A stretch of DNA of 64,000 nt from Heterodontus francisci (taxonomy: Eukaryota): positions 16,526,945 through 16,590,944 of the forward strand of contig NC_090416.1 of NCBI RefSeq assembly GCF_036365525.1. Direction: 5' to 3'. The notes beneath the pieces are model-generated. The model saw only the letters and a list, made by a program, of their open reading frames with translations. It was not told the DNA's origin and ran no database searches. The translations under genes and the position numbers were made by a program. How positions within the stretch are numbered: the stretch's first letter is position 1; every line of letters starts with the position of its first letter. Positions 12,035 through 24,244 of the stretch are shown in pieces.

Positions 12035-12363
12035 AAAACAGCCACACACACAGAGATACACTTTTCAATTCTAACAAATGGTACTACTGAGAGAAAGGAG
12101 AGAGGGAGCAGAACCCATCCAGCTCCAAATGGGAATGTACTCCCGGGATAGGTGGTCCTGATATTCACTGTCACCCACCTGCGCCCCCCAGTTAAAATTG
12201 GATCCAAAATTGGATCGTTAAACTGCGATTGAAGTGACTGTTTCAACATCGCTGGCCACATTTGCTACAGTGATTACATTGTAAAACAACAACAACAACA
12301 TTCCACATATTGAATAATATTTCATCAGCAATAAATCAAACTCTAAACCCCAGTTGCCCCCTC

Positions 12364-12692
12364 TCAGTCGGAACAAGCGGTGGAGCTGATGGTTTTGAGG
12401 AGAGGTGAGCTCAGAGAGCCGTGGTCCACACTGCAGGTATAGCTGGAGCCCTTATTCCAGGCAGTGGCGGGGACTCTCAGGTAACTGCTCAGGCTGTAGG
12501 TTTGATCACTGTCCGTGGACACGGTGCCTGTGGTCACCCCGCTGTCTGTCTCTTTATCATCCACTCTCCAGAGAACCCGCACGAAACCCGGCTTAAAGCG
12601 GCTCACCAGGCAGGACAGAGTAGCCCATCCGGAGTCTATTTCTTCCGAGGAAGGAGGGAGCAGGAGAACTGATGGTTTCCGATCCTCACTAC
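12364..12692 (-). CDS. IgL cluster 1 C exon
   Basis: Acceptor CACAG|GT; SEDRKPSVLLLPPS...ATLSCLV...W...YSLSSYL...YTCSVDH...STACSD*; C1-set domain with the C-terminal Cys. Confidence 0.97.
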
Positions 12693-13708
12693 CTGTGTGT
12701 GAGAGACAGGGTGGAAGAAAGGAATCTCACTGTTAGTATCAATCATTTTTTCTAAAAGGCACATCCAGAATTAGTAACACAGACTATAATTTAAAACAAA
12801 CATTTAACTTGACTTCAGACTTAGGTAGAGACAGTAAATAATATAATAGCCTGAGTGTTTCCAGCACTCGATTTCAGATTTCCAGCATCTGCAGGATTTT
12901 GCTTTGATTGGATTAAAATTAAATATTTAGTCCAATCTTAACTCCCTGTCAATTGAGAGCTGGACTTGTACATGGATTCGAGACATTCAATATAAATTAA
13001 TTAACTGAATATTAAATACAACAGACAATATCGAATTGTTTAAAATTCAGGGGCAGATTAAAATCAAAAGTTTATAAATTGAGGAAGTTTCACATTTCGG
13101 ATAGGCTGTACTGGAGGTCTTATGGAGGTGCTCGGAGTATGTATTGGGAGTAACTCAACCTCCCAGATCCACACTCAGAGTTCGGTGATCACCTCACCAG
13201 GAAAAATACTTTATTTAAAAAAAAAGAGTTTTAAAAGTAATAAAGTTCGGGGCGGTTTCCATTTAGAAAGTAGGTTAGACACTTCACATGAAGGAATGAC
13301 AGCCGGAAGGAGGGGTTTGGGAAGGTAGACGGGGGGTCGGGGTTAGTGGGACCGGGGTGCGTTAGGAACAGACAAGATGGGGGGGGGGGGGGGGCGCAGA
13401 ATGAGGCCATTCGGTCCATCGAGTCCCTGCCGCAGCCTAACCCACTTCCCAACTTTGGGAGTCTTTTTTTGAGGTGGGGGAGGGGGTGCTAGTGTCAAAC
13501 TCGACCCCCTTTGAGTGTGAGTAAAATTCCTGTTTGTAAATCTTCCAGCAACACCCGGGGCAGGCTCGCTATTTATACAACAGTGCAGCGAATAGACGGA
13601 GAAGTCCACACCTGCACACTGCAGACCTGGCCGAACAGACTCGAGGGGCTGAATGGCCTTTCTCCCCTGTTCATTCTGCATTTTTTTTTTGCCAATGGAG
13701 TTTTTCCT

Positions 13709-13857
13709 CGGTTCTGAGGAAAGGTCAGAGACCCGAAACTGTTCACCGTTTCTCCCTCTCTCTCCGCAGGGGCTGCCCAGACCTGCTGAGTATTTCCAGC
13801 ATCTTCTGTTTTTTTATTTCAGATTTCCAGCATCCGCAATTGTTTTGCTGCTATTTT
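13709..13857 (+). mobile_element. Penelope-like terminal fragment with hammerhead core in J-C intron (also 29311-29460, 45919-46068, 63182-63330)
   Basis: CTGAGGA A AGGTC AGA GACCC GAAAC TGTTC then CAGACCTGCTGAG..TTCCAGCAT. Confidence 0.7.
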
Positions 13858-14031
13858 AGTGTTTATTTTTCTACCCTCCAGAATCCAAATTCCCAGCACT
13901 GAATCAGTGGACAGAAAAATAAAAATCAGACCTAATTTTTTTTCACCGTTATCAGGGCAGATCCGATTCTGCAACAATAAATGAATAAATAATTGAAACA
14001 ATATGAATGATAGGATGAGGGAATTACTTAC

Positions 14032-14068
14032 TCCGTAAACTCAGGGCGGTCCCAGGTCCGAAGGTAAA
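14032..14068 (-). CDS. IgL cluster 1 J segment (FTFGPGTALSLR)
   Basis: FGxGT motif, 37 nt, phase-1 donor A|GTAAGT. Confidence 0.96.
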
Positions 14069-14107
14069 CACAGTGCAGTGTTTTAATGGGACGGGTCACT
14101 TAAAACC
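14069..14107 (+). other. J recombination signal sequence, 23-bp spacer
   Basis: CACAGTG + 23 nt + CTTAAAACC reading away from J. Confidence 0.88.
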
Positions 14108-14422
14108 CAGGCTGGGAAGAAAGAGGGAAAAATATTAATAATCTGTCCTTTATTACATTCCCTTTCACATTCTGCCTTTCACTGGGGCCGGAATGCTGAG
14201 AGTCTGGAGAAAGATTTTCACAGATCAGTGAGGAAACCCTGAGAATATCAGTGTTTACCAACCCAGCTAATAGTCCAAATATTGGGGAAAATCCAAATAA
14301 ACCCATGGAATTCCAGTGAGATTTTCCACAAGTTACATAAGGAATATTTCTGAAGCTCATTACACAGTCTCAGGCAGGAATATTTCAGTTGCTGTTGGAA
14401 TTCTGAGTGGTTCTGTTGATAC

Positions 14423-14450
14423 AGTTTTTGTATTGCCCTGTCTCACTGTG
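14423..14450 (-). other. V recombination signal sequence, 12-bp spacer
   Basis: CACAGTG AGACAGGGCAAT ACAAAAACT on minus strand. Confidence 0.96.
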
Positions 14451-14778
14451 TATGTAGCTGCTGAGTATTCCGCGGCAGCACAGTAATAGACGGCGGAGTC
14501 TCCCGGTTCCAAGCTGCCGATGGTCAGAATGTGACTGTTACTGGAGGTGTCTCTGGAAGGTTTAAAACGGTCCGTGAAGCCGGTGCCTCGATTGATGCTC
14601 CCATCTTTATAGTGCACTAACACCCACACCGGAGCCTCCCCGGGTCGCTGTCGGTACCAGCTCATGTAGTAACTGCCCACATTGCCGTTCTGCATCGCAC
14701 ACTTTAACTCGGAGGTCTCACCGGCGGAGACTGGGTCTGAAATTGGGGTCTGATTGAGGACAGGAACCGCCAGGACAC
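14451..14778 (-). CDS. IgL cluster 1 V exon, shark type I / sigma-cart-like
   Basis: Acceptor TTGAAG|GT; VPVLNQTP...LKC...WYRQRPGEAP...DSAVYYCAAAEYSAAT; both Cys and the Trp present; followed directly by RSS. Confidence 0.97.
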
Positions 14779-14940
14779 CTTCAACACAAAACACAAGAGA
14801 GAGAAAAACACATTCAGTTTATTGGAGCAAAAAAGCAAACTGATAAATAAACAGGCCGGGCTACCAAATCCCTTTGCTTCCTAATCTAATGGTTTACAAA
14901 TGAATAATTGAGTAACGCTCTGTTAACATAAGTCTCTCAC

Positions 14941-14989
14941 CTGTTAAATGGAGTAGCAGGGTCCCCAGGAGATACATTACTGCAGCCAT
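14941..14989 (-). CDS. IgL cluster 1 leader exon (MAAVMYLLGTLLLHLT-G)
   Basis: ATG at 14989, hydrophobic signal peptide, 49 nt phase-1 exon ending ACAG|GTGAG. Confidence 0.93.
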
Positions 14990-15039
14990 TCCCTCCGGGG
15001 GGGGGGAAAAAACCCGTGAAGAATTAGAGAGCAGGGTTT

Positions 15040-15262
15040 TACTGTAACTCCAGAAAGTGGATCCAGTTACAGTGCCGGACAAGGTGAGACCAGTATCTAT
15101 TATATGAACCTGTATGCAAATACAGGGAGGGTTGAGAGGAGCAGGGGCGGCGGGGGGGCGGGGGGGGGGGGGGGGTGGACCAGACCAGATTTTTTTTATT
15201 GAGCCTCTATTGGTCCCCAATTAAACATTTCCATGTATTTATTTCCACCGAGTTGAGGGTTA
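15040..15262 (-). promoter_or_regulatory. IgL cluster 1 V promoter: octamer ATTTGCAT (15114-15121) plus TATA-like CATATAATAG
   Basis: Minus strand CCCTCCCTGTATTTGCATACAGGTTCATATAATAG about 125 nt upstream of the leader ATG; light-chain-type octamer orientation. Confidence 0.85.
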
Positions 15263-16024
15263 ATTCACAATAATTTCTGATTTTAACCCCCCCCTTCTCA
15301 TGTCAAGAGTGTGAGATTTAAAAGAACAACTGTAGAAATTGCACATTTTATCCCAGATGGGCAAAGACAAAAGCCCTTCAGAATCCAGTGCCTTGAATTC
15401 ATCCAGAACAAGTTTAACCCAGCGATCGTTAAGGATTTGTTTTTTTTTTATATTTGGGTCTGCAATGTGTACTTAAACACATATCTTTATATCCAACACG
15501 CTGGTGTTTGCAACAAAGCAGTTCATTGGAAGGATTGGAATGGAAGAGATTGACTGGACTGCTTCTCTCAGCTGCTCTTTTTTCCTATCCGCCACTGTAC
15601 AAGTGCACTGCTTGTCCTGGCGTTTGAGCCGAGTGTAGGGTCAAAACACTCGTTTCTCACTCAGGCCGACGTTCAGAAACAGCCAGAATCAACTCCAATA
15701 TCCGTTTTAATTGGTAATGCAACGAGGAGTGAGATTCTGACCGGGCAAGCTGACTGCTCGGCTAGTTTCTGTGTTGTGTCCGGATCCTGTGTTAAGTCCA
15801 GTTTCAATGAAATGTGTTTTCCTGCTGCAACAGTTCCTGCCCTGACTTTTTTTTGTTGCAACTAAACCACATGTATCGGAACCTCAGTCCCAGGAATACA
15901 TTTGTTTTAACATTCCATTTCAGATGTTTTATGTCAATCACTCGATGCCAAGGGAAAACTTGCAACAAGTAGCTGGTGAGAGGAGTTAGTTTCTTTAAAA
16001 TGAATATTTTCTATCTTTATTTTA

Positions 16025-16464
16025 AATTCACTTCATGGGATATGGGCATCACTTGGCCCTGCCCGCATTTATTGCCCATCCCTCATTGCCGTTGAGAAGG
16101 TGGTGGTGGAGCCGCCTTCTTGAACTGCTGCAGTGCAGTGGTTTTTTACAACAGAACGTCCATTTCTGAGGGCAGTTAAGAGTCAACCACATTGCCGTTG
16201 GTCTGGAGTCACATGTAGGCCAGACGAAGTGAGGACGGCAGATTTCCTTCCCTAAAAGGACATTTGTGAACCAGATGGTTTTTTGTTAATGAACATTCAA
16301 TGGTAGTTTTATGGTCACCATTACTGAGACTAGGTTTCAATTCCAATTTTTAAAAATTAATTAGTTGAATTTAAATTCCATGGTGGGATTTGAACACGTG
16401 TCTCCAGAGCATTATCCTGGGCCTCTGGATTAGTAATATCTAGTGACATTACTACTACGCCACC
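16025..16464 (-). mobile_element. Older tRNA-derived SINE (also ~31645-32420, 48250-49024)
   Basis: Minus strand begins GGTGGCGTAGTAGTAATGTCACT..GTTCAAATCCCACC (A/B-box-like). Confidence 0.7.
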
Positions 16465-16489
16465 TTGTGATGGATCAATATTAATTCTA

Positions 16490-16846
16490 GAAATGTGATA
16501 GGATTTGAGCCAGTGAAAGGGGGAAGGTGGGAAGAAGAACAGCAGGGAAGGTCTGTGACAGGGGTGGAGGGCAGGAGAGATTAAATGACAAAAAGGGTTT
16601 CAAGGTGCAAAGCCAAAGGGAGTGGTAATGAAAGATGTGTCTGGACGAGGTGTGAATGACAGGTACTGAACACAAGGTAAAGGAAATAAGAGGTAAACAA
16701 GAGAGATAAAATAACAAATCAGCAAACAAAAAGGGAAACAAAAATGAGGGCAGGGGGGTTACAAACTAAAATTGTAGAATTCAGTGTTGAGTCCGGAAGG
16801 CTGTAGACTGCCCAGTCGAAAGATGAGGTGCTGTTCCTGGAGTTAG
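16490..16846 (-). mobile_element. Penelope-like element 3' fragment (also 1-312, 32446-32812, 49050-49407)
   Basis: Minus strand encodes LQEQHLIFRLG(T/S)LQPSG(L/H)N.EF, typical of the GIY-YIG endonuclease C-terminus of Penelope-like elements. Confidence 0.75.
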
Positions 16847-17104
16847 TCTCCTAATACTGACATGTTCAGTCAAGTCAGTGTCGACTAGCTGCCTCCTAGA
16901 CAGAGAATTTGACTCCTCCCCAATTAAAAATCCGTTTCTGATTGGTCTCCACAGCAGAAACAGACCCACCTCCCTCCCCTCCCACCAGGCAGATTCTCTG
17001 GGTCATTTTCAACTAAACCTAACCTGCATTACTATAGAGACCTCAGGATGTCCTAAAGACAGACAAATAAACACCTGTTTTGAAGTCTGGTCATTGTAAC
17101 ATCA

Positions 17105-17267
17105 TAACCCAATGCACAATGGAAATAAATATTTGGAAATGATCAATCAGGGACAATTATATTTTTAATAAAGTGTTTTCCCCTGCTCCCCTTGACCCCC
17201 TCCCTGTATTTGCATATTGACTAATACATAGATACTTGTATTCTCCGGGTTCCCGGAGTTACAGTAA
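17105..17267 (+). promoter_or_regulatory. Inverted paralogue of IgL V promoter (octamer 17208-17215), divergent from cluster 1 promoter
   Basis: Same blocks as 570-732. Confidence 0.88.
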
Positions 17268-17326
17268 TCTTGTTGAAGTGAAAGCACAATTGCTAAATGT
17301 GTGAGAAGCTGAACTCAGCTTTGCTC

Positions 17327-17454
17327 GTGTAGTTGAATAGAGGGTGCACATATGTAGTTAAATGGAGTCATCCACGTATGTAGTTAAATGGAGTCATCCA
17401 CGTATGTAGTTAAATGGAGTCATCCACGTATGTAGTTAAATGGAGAGTGCCAGT
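17327..17454 (+). repeat. 26-bp VNTR (ATGTAGTTAAATGGAGTCATCCACGT), 5 copies; 3-4 copies in other units
   Basis: Direct tandem between the inverted promoter and the leader remnant. Confidence 0.85.
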
Positions 17455-18416
17455 GTGCAGTAAAATGGGGTTGTGCACATGTCTAATGGAAAGCAGTTCA
17501 GCACCTCTAGGTTCATAGAATCTCTCACTTTGCACAGCAGATGTCACATGGCTGCAGCTTTGCCCAGGGAGCCTACCCGGTTCACACAGGATAGGCCAGG
17601 TGTTAAAGCAAGAGCATTTGGTGCTGCCTATTGAAGCTTGCACAGCGGTTAAAGGAAAATACAATTAAAGCTCACAAGATGGGAATCTTGTAAAGTGTCA
17701 GCCATGGCTTCGTGGGTTCAAGTCCCAATCCAGAGACTTGAGCACAAAAAACAGTCTCACATTCCCCGTGTAGTACTGAGGGAGCGCTGCACTGTCGGAG
17801 GTTCAGTACTAAGAGAGTGCGGCACTGTCGGAGGGTCAGTACTGAGGGAGTGCTGCACTGTCGGAGGATCAGTACTGAGGGAGTGCTGCACTGTCAGAGG
17901 GTCAATACTGAGAGAGTGCTGCACTGTCAGAGGGTCAGTACTGAGGGAGTGCTGCACTGTCTGAGGTGCTATCTTCACAAGTCCCCCTCAGGTGGACATT
18001 ATCGATCCCATGACTCTATTTGAAGGAGAGCAGGTGCCCTGGACAATATATATTCCAACATTAACACCTAAAGCTGTAACTGGTCATTATCACATTGCTA
18101 TTTGTGGGAGCTTGCTGTGTAAATGACTGTCAGATTTCCTGCATTTCAACAGTGACTACATTTCAAAACACACTTCAAAAGTACGTCATTAGATGTGAAC
18201 CACTTTGGGGCAGCCTAGTGATCAGACCACTCTGTCTCTCCATCTGTCTATCTGTCTATGTATCTGACCACTCATCNNNNNNNNNNNNNNNNNNNNNNNN
18301 NNNNNNNNNNNNNNNNNNNNNNNNNNNNNNNNNNNNNNNNNNNNNNNNNNNNNNNNNNNNNNNNNNNNNNNNNNNNNNNNNNNNNNNNNNNNNNNNNNNN
18401 NNNNNNNNNNNNNNNN

Positions 18417-21400
18417 TAGTTCCAGACCGGTAAGTTTAAAAAACTTACTTCGGGGATTCTCGCACCAGGCTCGGAGGGCGGAGTTAACCTCGGGAATTTT
18501 CGGAGCAAACTCGGAGATTCTCGGTCAGACTCGGAGGCCGGAATTAATCTCGGGGATTCTCGGACAGAGTCGGAGGGCGTGGTTAACCTCGGTGATTCTC
18601 GGACAGACTCGGAGGGCGGAGTTTGTGTCGATGGGCCGAAGGGCCTGTTTCTGTGCTGTATCTCTAAATAAAAATAAAAATAAAAAAATAAAATAATATT
18701 TATAGTCGAAATCCAGCACTAGGGGCCATATAGTTAATTATAACAGTTTAGTAAGTATTTAATAAGTATTTATTTTATATTAATTAACTAATTAGTGATA
18801 GAAATGTCAGTTAAAGGGGTGAAGTGCTTCACCTGTGAGATGTGGGAAGTCCGTGACACTTCCAGTATTCCGGGCGACTCCGCCTGCAGGAAGTTTACCC
18901 AGTTGCAGCTCCTCACAGACCACATGGATCGGTTGGTGCGGCAACTGGATGCACTTAGGAGCATGCAGGTGGCAGAGAGCGTCATAGACAGGAGTTTTAG
19001 AGAAGTGGTTACACCCAATGTGCAGGCAGATAGATGGGAGACCGCTAGAAGGGGCAGGCAGTCAGTGCAGGAATCCCCTGTGGCTATCCCCCCTCGCTAC
19101 ACCATTTTGGATACGGTTGGGGGGGATGGCCTAGCAGGGGAAAACAACAGCAGCAGCCAGAGCAGTGGCACCACAGCTATCACTGTTGTTCAGCAGGGAG
19201 GGACAAAGCGCAAAGAACAATAGTTATCGGGGACTCTATAGTCAGGGGCACAGATAGGCGCGAATGTGGACGTGAAAGAGACTCCAGGATGGTATGTTGC
19301 CTCCCTGGTGCCAGGGACAAGGATGTCTCTGAATGGACAGGGGGCATTCTGAAGGGCGAGGATGCACAGCCAGAGGTTGTGGTACACATCGGTACCAATG
19401 ACAGAGGCAGGAAGAGTGATGAGGTCCTGCAGGGGGAGTTTAGGGAGTTAGGTAGAAAGTTAAAAAAACAGGACCTCTAGGGTTGTCATCTCTGGATTAG
19501 TCCCTGTGCCACGTGCCAGTGAGGCTAGAAATAGGAAGATACTGCAGCTAAACACGTGGCTGAGCAGCTGGTGTAGAAGGGAGGGTTTCAGATATCTGGA
19601 CCATTGGGCTCTCTTCAGGGACAGATGGGACCTGTACAAGAAGGACGGGTTGCATCTAAACTGGAGGGGCGCTAATATCCTGGCTGCAAAGTTTGCTAGC
19701 GTCACTCGGGAGGGTTTAAACTAGTGTGGCAGGGGGGTGGGAACCAGAGCAGTGGGACAGCTAGAAAAATAAATGAGGAGGACATAGTAAATAAGGCCAG
19801 TAAGACTAAGAGGAAGAGCAGGCAGGAAGATGTTGCTGAGCACAGCGGGACTGGTGGTCTGAAGTGCATTTCTTTCAATGCGAGAAGTATAACAGGTAAG
19901 GTAGATGAACTTAGAGCTTGGATTAGTACTTGGAAATATGATGTTGTTGCTATTACAGAGACTTGGTTGAGGGAAGGGCAGGATTGGCAGCTAAATGTTC
20001 CAGGCTTTAGAAGCTTCAGGCGGGATAGAGGAGGATGTAAAAGGGATGGGGGAGTTGCATTACTGGTTAAGGAGAATATCACAGCTGTACTGCGGGAGGA
20101 CACCTCAGAGAGGTCATGCAGCGAGGCAATATGGGTGGAGCTCAGGAATAGGAAGGGTGCAGTCACGATGTTGGGGGTTTACTACAGGCCTCCCAACAGC
20201 CAGCGGGAGGTAGAGGAGCAGATATGTAGACAGATTTTGGAAAGATGTAAAGGTAACAGGGTTGTGGTGGTGGGTGATTTTAACTTCCCCTATATTGACT
20301 GGGACTCACTTAGTGCTAGGGGCTTGGATGGGGCATAATTTGTGAGGAGCATCCAGGAGGGCTTCTTGAAGCTGTATGCAGACAGTCCAACTAGGGATAG
20401 GGCCATTCTGGACCTGGTATTGGGGAATGAGCCCGGCCAGGTGGTCGAAGTTTCAGTGGGGGAACATTTCGGGAGCAGTGACCATAATTCCATATGTTTT
20501 AAGGTACTTGTGGATAAGGATAAGAGTAGTCCTCGGGTGAAGGTGCTAAATTGGGGGAAGGCTAATTCTAACAATATTAGGCAGGAATTGAAGAATTTAG
20601 ATTGGGGGCGGCTGTTTGAGGGTAAATCAACATCTGACATGTGGGAGTCTTTCAAACGTCAGCTGATTAGAATCCAGGACCAGCATGTTCCTGTGAGGAA
20701 GAAAGACAAGTTTGGCATGTTTCGGGAAATTTGGATAACACTGGATATTGTGAGCCTAGTCAAAAAGAAAAAGGAAGCATTTGTGAGGGCTGGAAGGCTA
20801 GGAACAGACGAAGCACTTGAGGAACATAAAGACAGTGGGAAGGAACTTAAGCAAGGAGATAGGAGGGCTAAAAGGGGTCATAAAAGGTCATTGGCAAACA
20901 GGATTAAGGAGAATCCCAAGGCTTTGTATACATATATAAAGAGCAAGAGGGTAACCAGGGAAAGGGTTGGCCCACTCAAGGATAGAGATGGGAATCTATG
21001 TGTGGAGCCAGAGGAAGTGGGCGAGGTGCTAAATGAGTACTTTGCATCAGTATTCACCAAAGAGAAGGACTTGGTGGATGATGAGCCTAGGGAAGGGAGT
21101 GCAGATAGTCTCAGTCATCTCATTGTTAAAAAGGAGGAGGTGTTGGGTGTTTTGCAAAGCATTAAGGTAGATAAGTCCCCAGGGCCTGATGGGATCTACC
21201 CTAGAATACTGAGGGAGGCAAGGGAAGAAATTGATGGTTTCTTGTCAGAAATCTTTGCATCATTTTTGGCTACAGGTGAGGCCCCAGAGGACTGGAGAAT
21301 AGCCAATGCTGTTCCTTTGTTTAAGAAGGGTGGCAAGGATAATCCAGGAAATTATAGGCCGGTGAGCCTTCCGTCAGTGGTAGGGAAACTATTAAAGAGG

Positions 21401-22757
21401 ATTATTCGGGACAGGATTTACTCCCATTTGGAAACAAACGAACTTATTAGTGAGAGACAGCATGGCCTTGTGAAGTGGAGGTTGTGTCTTACTAATTTGA
21501 ATGAGTTTTTTGAGGAAGTGACGAAGATGATTGATGAAGGAAGAGCAGTGGATGTTATCTATATGGACTTTATTAAAGCCTTTGAGAAGGTCCCGCATGG
21601 CAGACTGGTACAAAAGGTAATCTCACATGGGATCAGATGTGAGCTGGCAAGATGGATACAGAACTGGCTCGGTCATAGAAGACAGAGGGTATCAGTGGAT
21701 GGGTGTTTTTCTGAATGGAGGGATGTGACTAGTGGTGTTCCGCAGGGATCAGTGCTGGGACCTTTGCTGTTTGTAGTATATATAAATGATTTGGAGGAAA
21801 ATGTCGCTGGTCTGATTAGTAAGTTGGCGGACGACACAAAGGTTGGTGGAGTTGCGGATAATGATGAGGATTGTCAGAGGATACAGCTGGATATAGATCG
21901 GTTGGAGACTTGGGCGGAGAAATGGCAGATGGAGTTTAATCTGGACAAATGTGAGGTAATGCATTTTGAAAGGACTAATGCAGGTGGGAGGTATACAGTA
22001 AATGGCAGAACCCTTAGGAGTATTGACAGACAGAGAAATCTGGGCGTTGCGGTCCACAGGTCACTGAAAGTGGCAACGCAGGTGGATAAGGTAGTCAGGA
22101 AGGCATACGGCATGCTTGCCATCATTGGTCGGGGCATAGAGTATAAAAATTGGCAAGTCATGTTGCAGCTGTACAGAACCTTAGTTAGGCCACACTTAGA
22201 ATACTGCGTGCAATTCTGGTCGCCACACTACCAGAAGGACGTGGAGGCTTTGGAGAGGGTACAAAGGAGGTTTATCAGGATGTTGCCTGGTCTGGAGGGC
22301 ATTAACTATGAGGAGAGGTTGGAAAAAGTCGGATTGTTTTCACTGGGACGACGGAGGTGGAGGGGCGACATGATAGAGGTTTACAAAGTTATGAGCGGCA
22401 TGGACAGAGTGGATAGTCAGAAGCTTTTTCCCAGGGTGGAAGAGTCAGTTACTAGGGGACATAGGTTTAAGGTGCGAGGGGCAAAGTTTAGAGGGGATGT
22501 GCGAGGCAAGTTTTTGACACAGAGGGTGGTGAGTGCCTGGAACTTGCTGCCAGGGGAGGTGGTGGAAGCAGATACGATAGCGACGTTTAAGAGACATCTT
22601 GACAAATACTTGAATAGGATGGGAATAGAGGGATACGGTCCCCAGAAGTGCAGAAGTTGTTAGTTTAGACAGGCATCAAGATCGGTGCAGGCTTGGAGGG
22701 TCGAATGGTCTGTTCCTGTGTGGTACTGTTCTTTGTTCTTGTTCTTTGTTCTCTCTG
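18417..22757 (+). mobile_element. Full-length CR1-clade LINE (unit 2); ORF2 has one stop (20336-20338) and LADD
   Basis: Consecutive 204-aa and 773-aa ORFs in one frame; ORF1 frameshifted. Confidence 0.95.
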
Positions 22758-24244
22758 TCNNNNNNNNNNNNNNNNNNNNNNNNNNNNNNNNNNNNNNNNN
22801 NNNNNNNNNNNNNNNNNNNNNNNNNNNNNNNNNNNNNNNNNNNNNNNNNNNNNNNNNNNNNNNNNNNNNNNNNNNNNNNNNNNNNNNNNNNNCTCGCTCT
22901 ATCTATTTGTCTGTCTGTTCATCTCTATCTATCTGTCTGTCCATCTCTGTCTGTCTGTCTGTCTATCCCTCAGTACTGACCCTTTGACAGTGCGGCACTC
23001 CCTCAGTACTGACCCTTTGGGAACTGAATATTCCAGGGTATTTGACAGTTTGGAATGACAGGAAGCAAGGAAAAGGAGGTGGTGTAGTTCAGTTAATAAA
23101 GGATGAGATCAGTACAGTAGTGAGAAATGATCTTGTATCAGAAAATCAAGATGTGGAATCAGTTTGGGTGGAGATATGAAATAGCATAAATTCATACAGT
23201 AGCTGCACTGTAAGACAGAGTATAAATCAAGAAATAAGGGGGGCTTGTAAGGAAAATACTGCAGTAATCCTGGGTGATTTTAATCTTCATATAAATTGGA
23301 GTAATCAAACTGGTAAAGTTAGATAGAGGATGAGTTCATGGAGTGTACTCAGGACAGTTTCTTAGAACAATACACTCTGGAACCAATCCGGGAGCAGGAT
23401 ATTTTAGACCTGGTAATGTGTAAGGAGACGGAATTAATTAATGACCTCTTAGTAAAGGAAGAATAGAAAAGCAGAATATTATTTACATGGAGAGAGACTG
23501 CAGAATGCTGCAGTACAGAGGGATCTGGGTGTCCTTGTACATGAATCACAAAATGTTAACATGCAGGTTCAGAAAGTAATTAGGAAGAGAAATGGAATGT
23601 TTGTATTTATTGCAATGGGGATGGAATATAAAACTAGGGCCATCTTGCTACAACTGTACCGGGTATTGGTGAGACCGCACCTAGAATACTGCATGCAGTT
23701 TTGGTCTCCTTATTTAAGGAGGGATATACTTGCATTGGAAGCAGTTCAGAGAAGGTTCACTTGGCTGATTCCTGGGATGAAGGGATTGTCTGATAAGGAA
23801 AGGTTGAGCAGGTTGGGCCTGTTTGGAGTTTAGAAGAATGAGAGGTGATCTTATTGAAATGTGTAAGGTTCTGAAGGGGCTTGACGGGTAGATACTTAGC
23901 GGATGTTTCCCCTCATGGGAGAATCTAGAACTAGGGGGAACAGTTACAGAATACGGGGTCTCCCATTAAAGACGGAGATGAGGAGGAATTTCTTCACTGA
24001 GGGTCATTAATCTTTGGAATTCTCTTCCCCAGGGAGCAGTGGAGGCTGGGTCATTGAATATATTCAAGGCTGAGTTGGAGAGTTTTTTGATCTCCAAGGG
24101 AGTTGAGGGTTATGGTGGGGGGCAGACAGGAAAGTGGAGATAAGGTCACAATCAGATCATCCATGATCTTATCGAATGGCGGAACAGTCTCGATGGCCCG
24201 AATGGCCTTCTCCTGTTCTTATTTATTATGCTTTTATGTTGAAG

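Noticed and set aside
14108-14422. Possible D segment or germline-joined VJ
   Set aside because: No additional heptamer-nonamer pair between V and J; all four clusters keep both RSSs.
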